DNA from: a virus
Taxonomy: Duplodnaviria; Caudoviricetes
IMG/VR virus record: IMGVR_UViG_3300043105_000102
Location: 32,001 to 96,000 of that record
Strand: one strand, 5' to 3'
DNA: 64,000 bases
The notes under the pieces: model-generated
The model's database searches: none
Told to the model about the DNA's origin: nothing
Seen by the model: only the letters and a program-made list of their open reading frames with translations
Program-made: the position numbers and the translations under genes
Part shown: one piece after another, positions 1-9,840 of the stretch
Position numbering within the stretch: position 1 is the first letter of the stretch
How the letters are laid out: each line of letters begins with the position of its first letter

Positions 1-2
1 AC

Positions 3-539
3 CTTAAAGGCAATCATGAGGAGATGCTAGTAAACGCTATGAGACTTCCTCGTAATGATTTTAACTATGAACTATTGAGCTATAACGGCGGTGTAAATAC
101 TTTTTCTCAGTGGGAAAAAGAAGTAGACTCTTTTGGATGGACAAAACGATTGAGCAGATTGCCACTTCGCGCAGAATATACCAATAGTAGTGGCAAAAAG
201 ATTCTTTTATCTCATGCCGGATTCACCCCAACTGTTAAGGGAGAACCTTCTCCTGATGATTTACTCTGGAATAGAAGCCATTTTTTTGACAAGTGGGATG
301 AAGAAAACTTCCCTGACACCTATGTTGTCCATGGGCATACTCCTATACCCTTTGTCTTTGAAGAAGTTGACCCTTATGCTGAAACTATGCCTTTTGCGGC
401 CAAGTGGTATTGTAATGGAAGAAAGGTCTGTCTTGATATGGGGTCTTACGCCACAGGAATGGCCATTCTTCTAAATCTAGATACTTTTGAGGAATGGCTA
501 TTTACTACAGAAAGTTGTCCATTTAGTTGGAATGCTTAA
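3..539 (+). CDS. Ser/Thr protein phosphatase-type metallophosphoesterase (5' end outside window)
   Basis: Frame is open from position 3: LKGNHEEM (GNHE), LSHAG, VHGHTP, LDMG calcineurin-like motifs. Confidence 0.85.
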   Translation, partial: LKGNHEEMLVNAMRLPRNDFNYELLSYNGGVNTFSQWEKEVDSFGWTKRLSRLPLRAEYTNSSGKKILLSHAGFTPTVKGEPSPDDLLWNRSHFFDKWDEENFPDTYVVHGHTPIPFVFEEVDPYAETMPFAAKWYCNGRKVCLDMGSYATGMAILLNLDTFEEWLFTTESCPFSWNA

Positions 540-551
540 TAAAGAGAGGTA

Positions 552-992
552 ATGAATATGACACTGGAACATTTGCAAGTTGAAATGATTAAGGCTATGA
601 AAGAACATAATCAGATTCGTAAGTATGCGATTTCTTCTATGATTGAAGCTGTCAAAAAGAGCGCCATTGATAAGAAGTGCCGAGATAATATTCCTGAAAG
701 TCTGATTGATGAAGTCTTGATTAAAGAGAAGAAAACAACACAGGAAATGATTGATACTTGTCCCGCCAATCGGCAAGACCTGCTGGAAGATTATAAGGCT
801 AAAATGGCGGTTATCAGTGAGTTCGCGCCCACACTTCTGAATGACCCTGCCGCCATTAAACAGGAAATTCTTGATAGTGGTATTCCCGTAGAAAAGAAGA
901 ACCGTGGAAAAATGATGGCGCTATTCAAGGGACGTGCCGATATGAAAGTAGTAAATCAAGTAGTTATGAGCCTTTTGGCGGAAAGGGACTAA
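552..992 (+). CDS. YqeY/GatB-domain protein
   Basis: MIKAMK N-terminus and G..M...KGRADMK.V...V C-terminus typical of YqeY; GAGGT RBS. Confidence 0.8.
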   Translation: MNMTLEHLQVEMIKAMKEHNQIRKYAISSMIEAVKKSAIDKKCRDNIPESLIDEVLIKEKKTTQEMIDTCPANRQDLLEDYKAKMAVISEFAPTLLNDPAAIKQEILDSGIPVEKKNRGKMMALFKGRADMKVVNQVVMSLLAERD

Positions 993-996
993 TCAT

Positions 997-1794
997 ATGC
1001 ATTTCTTTATTGACTTTGAGGCTACTCAATATTCCGAAGAGATCATTTCTGTTGGATGCGTTAGAGAAGATGGAGAAACTTTTTATTCATTGGTAGCCCC
1101 AGTCAGTGGGAAAATCACTCCTTTCATTACTAATTTAACCGGAATTACTTCAAAGATGCTTGAAACAGCTATGTCCCCCAACAATGTATTTGAAATGTTT
1201 TATGATTGGGTCTTTACGAGCGGCGAAGAAACCCCTGAGTTTTATTGTTGGGGAGATAGCGATATTAACTTTATTCGGAATACTTTTAAAAAAGCTACTT
1301 CATTGAAAGCTAGGCTTGCTCTTGGATATATGTGCGGTGACATTAAGGACTATAGCAAAGAGTTCAGCAAGAAGAAAGGCATTGGACTTTTAAAAGTTCT
1401 TCGTATTTTTGAACCAGAAGCTACACAAAATCATAATTCTTTGGATGACGCAGTAATGCTTTATAAGATTTATCAGAACTTTTCGGCTCTTCCCCCGAAA
1501 GAACAAGATAAGATTAAGCTGGGCGTTGCGGGAGAAATTTCTCCTGATAAACCTAAGTGGTTTGAGCTGGATTTGGCGGATGGCGCCATCTGCATTATTA
1601 ACAAGCATAAGCAAGCGTTACATGTTTTTACTAGCATTGATAAAGCTGTAGAATGGATTTTTGAGAATAAAATGATTGGCGATGCCAAAGAGACTGCTGA
1701 CCGCAAAAAGGTAGCAAATAAAATTCTCAAAGCTTGCCGAAAGAATGAAAATTACTTTGAAATGCATTGGGTTCAAGTAAAGAAAGGTGGGTAA
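997..1794 (+). CDS. DEDDh 3'-5' exonuclease (ERI-1/KapD-like)
   Basis: IDFEAT, LTGIT, WGDSD and HNSLDDA exonuclease motifs. Confidence 0.8.
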   Translation: MHFFIDFEATQYSEEIISVGCVREDGETFYSLVAPVSGKITPFITNLTGITSKMLETAMSPNNVFEMFYDWVFTSGEETPEFYCWGDSDINFIRNTFKKATSLKARLALGYMCGDIKDYSKEFSKKKGIGLLKVLRIFEPEATQNHNSLDDAVMLYKIYQNFSALPPKEQDKIKLGVAGEISPDKPKWFELDLADGAICIINKHKQALHVFTSIDKAVEWIFENKMIGDAKETADRKKVANKILKACRKNENYFEMHWVQVKKGG

Positions 1795-1795
1795 T

Positions 1796-3145
1796 ATGAG
1801 TTATTGCGGATATGTAACTACTTTGAAGAATGTGCGGCGCCACCCTAACGCCGACCGGCTTCAGCTAGGAGATTGTTTTGGTAATACGGTTTGTGTCAGC
1901 CTTGACTTTACAGAGGGACAAATTGGAGTTTATTTTCCTTCGGGTGGCCAATTGTCTGTGGAGTTTGCCGAAAAGAATAATCTAGTTCGGCGCAAGGATG
2001 AAAATGGTAAGAATATTGGCGGATATATGGATGGGGAAAAGCGTAATGTGACCGCCATTAAGTTGCGAGGAGAAAAGTCTGATGGTCTTTTCCTACCCCT
2101 GAATTGCTTAGCTTATGCGGGAAACATCAATCAACTAAACATTGGCGATACAATTACTGTATTTAACGGCCATGAGATTTGTCAAAAGTATATTCCTAAG
2201 AAGAAGTCTGGCGGCCAAACTGTTAGAACCAGTAATCACACTCGTAAGGTTAAGACACCTATTGCGCCCTTATTTATTGAACACGCCGATACAGAGCAAT
2301 TGGCCTATAATTTGAGTGCTTTTAAGCCCGGAGATGAAGTAGAGATTACTCTGAAAATGCACGGAAGTTCACAACGTACCGCCCATCTACCTATCTTTAA
2401 GGGTTATAAGCGTTCTTTGTGGGACAAGATTACTCGTAAGATGGGTACCCCTATTTATGATTGGGGATATGTATCAGGCACTCGCCGCACCGTATTAGAA
2501 GATTATGAGGGCGGCTACTATGGTTCTAATGAATTTCGCGAGTCTCATAGTAAGACGTTTGAGAATAAGCTTTGGAAGGGCGAGGAAATTTATTACGAGG
2601 TAGTTGGCTACACTACTACCAAAACGCCCATTATGTCGTCCGGCTCTGTTCCCAAAGAATACCAAAAGCAGTATGGAAAGACCATGGAATTTTCTTATGG
2701 TTGTAGCTCCCTTCCCCGTTTCATCTTTGATGAAACTAATACTTTTATTGAAAAAGAACAGCTCCAGTCTGATATTTATGTTTACCGAATGACTATGACT
2801 AATGAGGATGGAAATATTGTTGAATATTCTCCTGAATTTATGCGCTATCGTTGTGAACAAATGGGGGTTAAGTGTGTCCCTGTACTATGGCGCGGCCGCA
2901 TTCCCGAAGATATTAACTCTGCGGGAGAGTGGATTAAGAAGATTGCTGAAGAATACTATGATGGCCCAGACCCCATCGGAAAGACTCATGTGCGGGAAGG
3001 TGTAGTTTGCCGTATTGTAAATCGCCCCTCTTTCACGGCTTATAAGCATAAGAACTGGTTATTTAAGTATGTTTCTGGAATTATCGTAGAGAAGATTGCC
3101 GATAGTAATGAGACTCTTGATGATGATATTTTGTCGGAGATGTAA
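1796..3145 (+). CDS. RNA ligase, Rnl2/DRB0094-like
   Basis: N-terminal HPNADRL...KLRGEKSDG OB-like module, adenylation motif KMHGSS, EVVG, REGVV and C-terminal K-x-K. Confidence 0.8.
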   Translation: MSYCGYVTTLKNVRRHPNADRLQLGDCFGNTVCVSLDFTEGQIGVYFPSGGQLSVEFAEKNNLVRRKDENGKNIGGYMDGEKRNVTAIKLRGEKSDGLFLPLNCLAYAGNINQLNIGDTITVFNGHEICQKYIPKKKSGGQTVRTSNHTRKVKTPIAPLFIEHADTEQLAYNLSAFKPGDEVEITLKMHGSSQRTAHLPIFKGYKRSLWDKITRKMGTPIYDWGYVSGTRRTVLEDYEGGYYGSNEFRESHSKTFENKLWKGEEIYYEVVGYTTTKTPIMSSGSVPKEYQKQYGKTMEFSYGCSSLPRFIFDETNTFIEKEQLQSDIYVYRMTMTNEDGNIVEYSPEFMRYRCEQMGVKCVPVLWRGRIPEDINSAGEWIKKIAEEYYDGPDPIGKTHVREGVVCRIVNRPSFTAYKHKNWLFKYVSGIIVEKIADSNETLDDDILSEM

Positions 3146-3147
3146 GT

Positions 3148-3584
3148 ATGAGCAAAGTAATAGCTACAATTGGTGCATAAAGAGAGCTGCTGACCCAAAT
3201 TTTAGTACTTATTCTCAGTTGCCTTGGGATAAAAGTTATGAGATTCTTACCGAACTTGTTCTTCCTAGAAAATATCACCATACAAAAGTAACTAATGATT
3301 TAGGAAACTCATATCAAGTTGATTTAGACCCCGAAGCTAATTTTGATTACTTCACTTCATACAGGTTGTTTTCTGATGGAACTTTAATTAGTATTTTTAA
3401 GGCTATTGATGAATGCCTGAAAAACGTATATAGTGGGAAAACTTATAATAAAGACGTTGGTTTACCAACTCACTATACTATTGGTAATTTGGTAGTTTTA
3501 GAGGAGTTTGGAGACTACGGAACTGAGGAAAAGCCTTTTCTACATTCCCGCATTACAGTACTTCTTCCAGTTAAGGCGAGGTAA
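3148..3584 (+). CDS. Hypothetical protein; apparent start ATG 3148 is out of frame with the body (see findings)
   Basis: Long open frame to 3584 has no RBS-associated start. GGAG-8nt-ATG at 3148 gives MSKVIATIGA-stop in another frame. Confidence 0.45.
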
Positions 3585-3588
3585 AAAT

Positions 3589-3891
3589 ATGATAGATAAG
3601 TTGACTTTTAAACAAATGTTGCTTTCGGTTGAAAAATATTGGAATCAAGTTCTTGGGCTTCGCGCTTTGGGATTTGATAGCGATATTCAACCAGTAAATG
3701 AGATGATGAACTATCTTATTGAAGCTATTAGATTGCTGACAAATGATGTAGATAATATCATTGGTTATTTCTGCTGGACACTAGATTTCGGCAAGAGCTG
3801 GAAACATAACGATTATATTGGCAAAGATGGAAAAAATATTTCCCTAAAAAGTTATGATGAACTGTGGGCGGCCTTAGTAGAAAATCAATGA
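3589..3891 (+). CDS. Hypothetical protein
   Basis: GAGGT RBS before ATG 3589 within ORF 3508-3891. Confidence 0.6.
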   Translation: MIDKLTFKQMLLSVEKYWNQVLGLRALGFDSDIQPVNEMMNYLIEAIRLLTNDVDNIIGYFCWTLDFGKSWKHNDYIGKDGKNISLKSYDELWAALVENQ

Positions 3892-3926
3892 CAAAGGAAT
3901 CAAGAGTTCTTGCTTTAAGAGGACTC

Positions 3927-3955
3927 TTGATTTTTTTTTATTTTTTTGTTATAAT
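3927..3955 (+). promoter_or_regulatory. Sigma-A-type promoter
   Basis: TTGATT-17-TATAAT with extended TG. Confidence 0.75.
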
Positions 3956-3988
3956 ATATATAGAGGTTGAGGAAAGGGGTAAATTTAA

Positions 3989-4261
3989 ATGCCGTATCGT
4001 AAAAGTAAGTATTCAGTTGCCGATAATGCCGAACTTGAACTTAGAACCATTGACGTTCTTGCACGTTCTCAAGAAGCCATTACTATTACAGAAATTCAGC
4101 AGCAAGATACTCTTTTGGGAGAGCAATCTTCCCAGAAAATGGCTAGAGTTCTTACAAGTCTCTGCGATATGGGATTCATCACAAAAGCAAAATGTAAATC
4201 TAAAAATCGAATGGTTTATAAGTCTGTCGCTGTGATGAAGGAACAAGGATACGAAATTTAA
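3989..4261 (+). CDS. Small winged-helix DNA-binding protein
   Basis: ITITEIQ...QKMARVLTSLCDMGFITK...MVY wHTH-like pattern. Confidence 0.6.
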   Translation: MPYRKSKYSVADNAELELRTIDVLARSQEAITITEIQQQDTLLGEQSSQKMARVLTSLCDMGFITKAKCKSKNRMVYKSVAVMKEQGYEI

Positions 4262-4272
4262 AGGAGTCTCCA

Positions 4273-4440
4273 ATGAAGAAGAAAGTATATCGCGCAGTAA
4301 TTATTGGCGGGCCTTATATCGGTCTAACAGGTTGGGCCACTCAGATGAACGATTATGGAAAAGTTATTTTCTATCCAGAAGAAGATAACAAGTTTTATCG
4401 TATTTATGTTCAGGCTTTTGATATTCAATATCTCGAATGA
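4273..4440 (+). CDS. Hypothetical 55-aa protein (missing from ORF track)
   Basis: AAGGAG RBS; reads MKKKVYRAVIIGGPYIG...QYLE; fills the gap between neighbours. Confidence 0.65.
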   Translation: MKKKVYRAVIIGGPYIGLTGWATQMNDYGKVIFYPEEDNKFYRIYVQAFDIQYLE

Positions 4441-4446
4441 AAGGAA

Positions 4447-4710
4447 ATGATAAAAATGGCTAAGATGGTACCCCATGACTTCTATTGTATGAACTGTGGG
4501 AAAAAGACCTTTGAGCTTTATAGGAAGGAAGGGTTTCAGCACGGGCGGCTCCACAGAAAGAGACTTTATTGCCCATATTGTCGTTGTGAAGTTAATGCTA
4601 TCGAATGTAAGGATTATCTTGATGTAGTAGAGTTTAAAGAGAACTTTGCGAATGGCGTTTATAAGGAAGAGGCTGAAGCCTCCATCATTGCTTGTAAGGA
4701 GAGTTTGTAA
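4447..4710 (+). CDS. Zinc-ribbon protein
   Basis: CMNC and CPYC pairs. Confidence 0.65.
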   Translation: MIKMAKMVPHDFYCMNCGKKTFELYRKEGFQHGRLHRKRLYCPYCRCEVNAIECKDYLDVVEFKENFANGVYKEEAEASIIACKESL

Positions 4711-5588
4711 TGGCGACGGTAAAAGGTTATAAAGTATTTAATCCAGATTGGACTTGCCGCGATAAGCAGTACACTTGTCCCGGCAGATTTACAGAAGATG
4801 TGACATTAGAACTATGTAATAGCGGGATGCATTTTTGTACTGAACTTGTTGATTGTTTTACTTATTACCCTTTTCTTCCGGGAAATCATGTAGCAGAAGT
4901 CATTGCCCATGGAGATGTTGTAAATAGTAAAAATAAATATTGTACGAACGATTTGGAAGTTGTAAGAGAGCTTTCTTGGTTCGAGGTTCTTGAAAAGGTG
5001 AATACTGGAAAGTATTGTGTTGGGATTGGAAATTCTGGAAGTTACAATACAGGTGGCCATAATAGCGGCCAGTATAATAGTGGCTGTAGAAATACAGGTA
5101 ACTGTAATACAGGGGACGAAAATTCCGGCCATTATAATTCAGGGGATTATAACACTGGTATGCATAATACGGGCAATCATAATTCTGGAAACTGGAATAG
5201 CGGAGATTGGAATACATGCGATGGTACTAGTGGATGCTTTAACACGACAAAAATTTCAAAGATTTATTTATTCAATAAACCCTCTGAGTGGACTTATGAA
5301 ACTTGGGCAAGTAGTGTAGCTCGTCATGTCTTAAATTTTATGCCAGCGATTCATCCTGTTTGGATTCGATATGAAAGTATGAGCGAAGAAGAGAAAAGTA
5401 CCCATCCTGAAGCTGAGTGTACAGGAGGATATTTAAAGACTTCTGAGTATTTAAAGACCGCCGGTCAAACCGCCCGACAAAAATGGTGGGATAGTTTGGA
5501 AGAGGAAGATAAGAAAGCAGTTTTATCCATTCCCAATTTCAATAAAACCATTTTTCAGGAAATTACCGGAATTGATGTAGGAGGGTAA
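4710..5588 (+). CDS. N-x-G-x-x pentapeptide-repeat protein, paralog 1
   Basis: GYKVFNPDWTCRDKQY N-domain, about 16 NxGxx units, WW...IPNF..IF..ITGIDV C-domain. Confidence 0.85.
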   Translation: MATVKGYKVFNPDWTCRDKQYTCPGRFTEDVTLELCNSGMHFCTELVDCFTYYPFLPGNHVAEVIAHGDVVNSKNKYCTNDLEVVRELSWFEVLEKVNTGKYCVGIGNSGSYNTGGHNSGQYNSGCRNTGNCNTGDENSGHYNSGDYNTGMHNTGNHNSGNWNSGDWNTCDGTSGCFNTTKISKIYLFNKPSEWTYETWASSVARHVLNFMPAIHPVWIRYESMSEEEKSTHPEAECTGGYLKTSEYLKTAGQTARQKWWDSLEEEDKKAVLSIPNFNKTIFQEITGIDVGG

Positions 5589-5590
5589 TT

Positions 5591-6499
5591 ATGGAAGTCA
5601 AAGGCTATAAAGTATTTGACCCTGATTGGAGTTGTAGAGATAAACAGTATACTTGCCCGGGAACTTTCGTAGAAGAAGTTGAACTTGAACTTTGCGGCAG
5701 CGGGATGCATTTTTGTACTGAACTTGCCGATTGTTTTAATTATTATTCCTTTAATCCCAAAAATCGTGTTGCAGAAGTAATTGCTCATGGAAATATTTTA
5801 CAAGGAAGAACTAAGTGCTGTACTGATAATTTGGAGATTGTGCGAGAACTTTCTTGGCTCGAAGTCTTGAGTCTTATGAACCAAGGAGAGGGTAATACTG
5901 GACGCAGCAACTTGGGTGACTATAACTCTGGTAACTTCAATGAAGGAAGAAATAATACTGGTGGTTCTAATACTGGTGATTATAATGTAGGAGATCGCAA
6001 TTTTGGTTGTTATAACTCTGGAAGTCATAATAATGGTGATCATAATTCTGGTTATTATAACTTAGGTGACTTTAACGTTGGTAATTATAATCGTGGAGAT
6101 GGCAATATTGGCGAACGTAATAATGGCGATTATAATTCTGGCGATTGGAATTTATGCGACTATTCTACTGGATGTTTTAATACAATTGAGCAGACAATCT
6201 ACCTTTTTAATAAACCCTCTAGTTGGACGAGAGAAGACTGGGAATATAGTAGAGCCAGAAAAATTCTAAGTCTTGCACCTAGACTTAATCCTACTCGATG
6301 GATCTATTGGAAAGAGATTGAAGCTCCTCATCCAGAGGCAAAAATGAGAACAGGGTATTTGGAAAGACAGTGGAAGAGTTCTTCTCCACAGGTATGGTGG
6401 GATAAGTTACCAGAAGCTGATAAGAAAACAATTATGTCTATTCCAAATTTTGACAAAGACATTTTTCAGAGAATTACTGCTATTGACGTGGAGAAATAA
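5591..6499 (+). CDS. N-x-G-x-x pentapeptide-repeat protein, paralog 2
   Basis: Same architecture, about 20 units. Confidence 0.85.
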   Translation: MEVKGYKVFDPDWSCRDKQYTCPGTFVEEVELELCGSGMHFCTELADCFNYYSFNPKNRVAEVIAHGNILQGRTKCCTDNLEIVRELSWLEVLSLMNQGEGNTGRSNLGDYNSGNFNEGRNNTGGSNTGDYNVGDRNFGCYNSGSHNNGDHNSGYYNLGDFNVGNYNRGDGNIGERNNGDYNSGDWNLCDYSTGCFNTIEQTIYLFNKPSSWTREDWEYSRARKILSLAPRLNPTRWIYWKEIEAPHPEAKMRTGYLERQWKSSSPQVWWDKLPEADKKTIMSIPNFDKDIFQRITAIDVEK

Positions 6500-6501
6500 T
6501 T

Positions 6502-7515
6502 ATGGATATTAAGGGCTATAAGGCTTTTGACAAAAATTGGGTTTGTAGAGATAAGCAATATACCTGCCCCGGAACTTTTGTAGAAGATGGCAAGCTTGAA
6601 CTTGGTAAACATGGAATGCATTTCTGTAAGAATCTTATTGACTGTTATAAGTATGCCAATAATGGAGAAATTCATCTTGCCGAGGTAATTGCACATGGGC
6701 AGGTTTTGGAAGAAGGTGACCGATGCTGTACAGACAACCTAGAAATTGTACGAGAACTCTCATTGCAAGAAATTTCTGAACTTACAAATTATGGACAAAA
6801 CTGTAACGGAATTGGCAATGTCGGCTGTCAAAATGATGGTAGTTGGAATACTGGCTACCACAATAAAGGCCATTATAACACTGGCCGCTATAACTACGGC
6901 TCTGAAAATACCGGAGATAATAATTATGGCAATTGCAACGCTGGTAATAATAACAAAGGCCAGTTCAATATTGGCCGCTATAATATTGGAAATAACAATT
7001 GCGGCAGTTATAACCAAGGCGATTACAATGCTGGCGATTACAATACTGGCTGTTATAATAGCGGCAAATATAACGATGGCGGCTATAATACCGGCGACTG
7101 CAACAATGGTAACTTTAATTCTGGTGATTGGAATTTATGCAATTATTCTAACGGATGCTTTAATACCACAGAGCCAACTATTTGTCTTTTTAACAAACCT
7201 TCTCAATGGACTTACAGCGATTGGCTAAAAAGTAAAGCAAAGCATATTTTAGAGGGTATGTGTACTCGTGCCATTACTTGGGTTCCTTATCATGAAATGA
7301 CAGAAGAAGAAAAGGCCGCCCATCCAAAGGGAAATTTTACCCTTGGTTATCTAAAGAGAGTAAAAGATACCTGCTCCCCGCAGGAATGGTGGGATAATTT
7401 GCCCCCTGAAGCAAAAGCAGAAATTCGATCTATTCCTAATTTTGACAGGGTTGTTTTCCAAAATATTACTGGTATTGATGTAGAAGGAGCCAAAAGCAAA
7501 AATGCGAGGGTATAA
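6502..7515 (+). CDS. N-x-G-x-x pentapeptide-repeat protein, paralog 3
   Basis: Same architecture, about 25 units. Confidence 0.85.
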   Translation: MDIKGYKAFDKNWVCRDKQYTCPGTFVEDGKLELGKHGMHFCKNLIDCYKYANNGEIHLAEVIAHGQVLEEGDRCCTDNLEIVRELSLQEISELTNYGQNCNGIGNVGCQNDGSWNTGYHNKGHYNTGRYNYGSENTGDNNYGNCNAGNNNKGQFNIGRYNIGNNNCGSYNQGDYNAGDYNTGCYNSGKYNDGGYNTGDCNNGNFNSGDWNLCNYSNGCFNTTEPTICLFNKPSQWTYSDWLKSKAKHILEGMCTRAITWVPYHEMTEEEKAAHPKGNFTLGYLKRVKDTCSPQEWWDNLPPEAKAEIRSIPNFDRVVFQNITGIDVEGAKSKNARV

Positions 7516-8461
7516 AATTTTTAATCCTGATTGGACTTGCAGAGATAAACAGTATTATTGTCCGGGAACCTTTACTCAAGATGGTAAATTAGAAATTTGT
7601 CATAATGGTATACACTTCTGCCAAGACCTTATTGCTTGCTTTGACTATTACCCTTACGACAAAAAGAATCATGTGGCGGAAGTCATTGCCCTTGGAGAAG
7701 TTATAACCAACCGTAATATCAGTTGTACGAATAACTTAAAAATTGTTAGAGAGATTCCTTGGGAAGAAGTTCTTGAAATAGCAAATTTAGGTAAAGACAA
7801 CGATGGATATAGAAATGTTGGAAATGGTAATGCCGGCAACCTAAATATAGGCCATTATAATAAGGGTTCTTATAATATCGGCCACCAAAATTACGGTAGT
7901 GGTAATAGCGGCAGCTTCAACACTGGATTTTCCAATAGTGGGTATAGTAATTATGGTTCTTATAATACTAATAGGAATAATTCTGGCGACCATAATTCAG
8001 GCTGTTATAATAATGGTGCGGGCAATACTGGCGATAATAACGTAGGAATAGCCAACGCCGGAAGTTTTAATCGAGGTAATTATAATACTGGCTACTGGAA
8101 TAATACTTCTTACTCTGCCGGTTGCTTCTGCACTGAAGAACCAAAATTGATGCTTTTTAATAAGCTCTCTAATTGGACGATGGCAGATTGGGAGCGAAGT
8201 GAAGCCAATTTGATTTTGGCAAAATTCGTTTGCCCCACTCGATGGATTCCATTTCGAGATATGACAGAGGAAGAAAAAAGTCTTCATCCCAGAGCAGAAG
8301 CACAAGCAGGATATTTAAAAACTTTTAAAGAACCAGATTCTAGCCGCAATCAAGAGTATTGGGACGAATTATCGGATGAAGATAAGCAAATTGTTTTGTC
8401 TATTCCTAATTTTGACAGGGTTATTTTTAAGGAAATCATGGGGGTTGACGTATGGAAATAA
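7502..8461 (+). CDS. N-x-G-x-x pentapeptide-repeat protein, paralog 4
   Basis: Same architecture, about 23 units. Confidence 0.85.
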   Translation: MRGYKIFNPDWTCRDKQYYCPGTFTQDGKLEICHNGIHFCQDLIACFDYYPYDKKNHVAEVIALGEVITNRNISCTNNLKIVREIPWEEVLEIANLGKDNDGYRNVGNGNAGNLNIGHYNKGSYNIGHQNYGSGNSGSFNTGFSNSGYSNYGSYNTNRNNSGDHNSGCYNNGAGNTGDNNVGIANAGSFNRGNYNTGYWNNTSYSAGCFCTEEPKLMLFNKLSNWTMADWERSEANLILAKFVCPTRWIPFRDMTEEEKSLHPRAEAQAGYLKTFKEPDSSRNQEYWDELSDEDKQIVLSIPNFDRVIFKEIMGVDVWK

Positions 8462-9393
8462 AGGGATATAAGGTTTTTAATTCAGACTGGACTTGTAGGG
8501 GTAAACAGTATACTTGCCCCGGAAGATTTCAAGAACCCGGTGCGCTAAAGCTTTGCGGCCATGGCATGCACTTCTGCTTGTCTCCTATTGACTGTTTTAG
8601 ATATTATCCTTTCTCTCCTGAAAATCATGTGGCCGAAGTTATCGCTTGTGGCAAAATTAAAATGGGACTAGATAAATGCTGTACAGATTGCTTAGAGATT
8701 GTACGAGAAGTCCCTTGGGAAGAAGTTCTTAGCCTTGTTAATACTGGCAAAGATAATAACGGAGTAGGTAATACGGGAAACAACAATAAAGGCCATCAAA
8801 ATTCAGGTAAATATAATGATGGTGATAGTAATGTAGGTAGCTTTAACGTGGGTTCAAACAATACTGGTAGTCATAACACCGGAGGTAATAACGTCGGCAC
8901 ATTTAATTTTGGAAATTTTAATACCGGTTCTTTCAATTGCGGTTCGAGGAATGCTGGAAGTAAGAATTGGGGCACTAATAACGCCGGCAGTGGCAACATA
9001 GGTATTTTAAATAGTGGCGATTTTAATCTAGGTAATTATAATACTGGTGATTGGAATAAAACTAATTTTTCTGCTGGCTACTTTTGTACTGAGGAACCGA
9101 AGCTGATGTTTTTTAATAAACCTTCAGATTGGACAAGAAGAGACTGGCTCTTTAGTCAAGCAAGAACAATTTTGTATCAATTAGCCGACTGGATGTCATG
9201 GAGTGAAATGTCGGAAGAAGAAAAACACACTGACCCCCACTGTGAAAAGACTGGCGGCTGCCCGAGAACTTTTAAGCCTGAACATAATCAAGAATGGTGG
9301 GATAATTTACCTCCTAGCCATAAGGCAGAGATTATGGCCATTCCAAACTTTGACAAAAACATTTTTGAGGAAATTACGAGTATTAAGGTATGA
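8452..9393 (+). CDS. N-x-G-x-x pentapeptide-repeat protein, paralog 5
   Basis: Same architecture, about 23 units. Confidence 0.85.
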   Translation: MEIKGYKVFNSDWTCRGKQYTCPGRFQEPGALKLCGHGMHFCLSPIDCFRYYPFSPENHVAEVIACGKIKMGLDKCCTDCLEIVREVPWEEVLSLVNTGKDNNGVGNTGNNNKGHQNSGKYNDGDSNVGSFNVGSNNTGSHNTGGNNVGTFNFGNFNTGSFNCGSRNAGSKNWGTNNAGSGNIGILNSGDFNLGNYNTGDWNKTNFSAGYFCTEEPKLMFFNKPSDWTRRDWLFSQARTILYQLADWMSWSEMSEEEKHTDPHCEKTGGCPRTFKPEHNQEWWDNLPPSHKAEIMAIPNFDKNIFEEITSIKV

Positions 9394-9839
9394 CTTTATA
9401 TTTGCTTTGCGGCATTCCAGCTTCAGGGAAATCAAGCTATGCCGCCCAAGTTGATGGAGTATGGGTTTCTCGTGATAAGATAAGATTTAGCCTTATTCGG
9501 CAAGATGAAGAATACTTTTCCCATGAGAAAGAAGTCTTTAATGAATTTGTACGGCAAATTGATAAAGGTCTATCTTCTGATGGTGTTGTATACGCAGACG
9601 CTACTCATTTAAATGAGAAAAGTAGAAACAAACTGCTGAATAGATTAAACCTTAATGGTGTTGATATTGTTGTTATAAACTTTAAGACTCCTTTGGAAAC
9701 TTGCCTTGAGCGCAATTCTAAAAGGGTAGGTAAAGAAAGAGTTCCAGAAGATGTGATGTATAAGATGGCTAGAAGCTTTAAACCCGCTACTTTCTATGAG
9801 AAATATCGCTACAAAGATATAATTACTAAGGAGGATTAA
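9390..9839 (+). CDS. Polynucleotide kinase-like P-loop kinase (AAA_33)
   Basis: GIPASGKS, SRDKIR, DAT and CLERNSKR motifs. Confidence 0.8.
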   Translation: MTLYLLCGIPASGKSSYAAQVDGVWVSRDKIRFSLIRQDEEYFSHEKEVFNEFVRQIDKGLSSDGVVYADATHLNEKSRNKLLNRLNLNGVDIVVINFKTPLETCLERNSKRVGKERVPEDVMYKMARSFKPATFYEKYRYKDIITKED

Positions 9840-9840
9840 C

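Noticed and set aside
4710-9393. Diversity-generating retroelement target (AAY-rich repeats)
   Set aside because: There is no reverse transcriptase and no near-identical TR/VR pair differing only at adenines. The Asn codons are the conserved positions.
4710-9393. Qnr/MfpA-type gyrase-protecting DNA mimics linked to the phage topoisomerase
   Set aside because: The repeat is NxGxx, not A(D/N)Lxx; proximity to gyrAB is not evidence.
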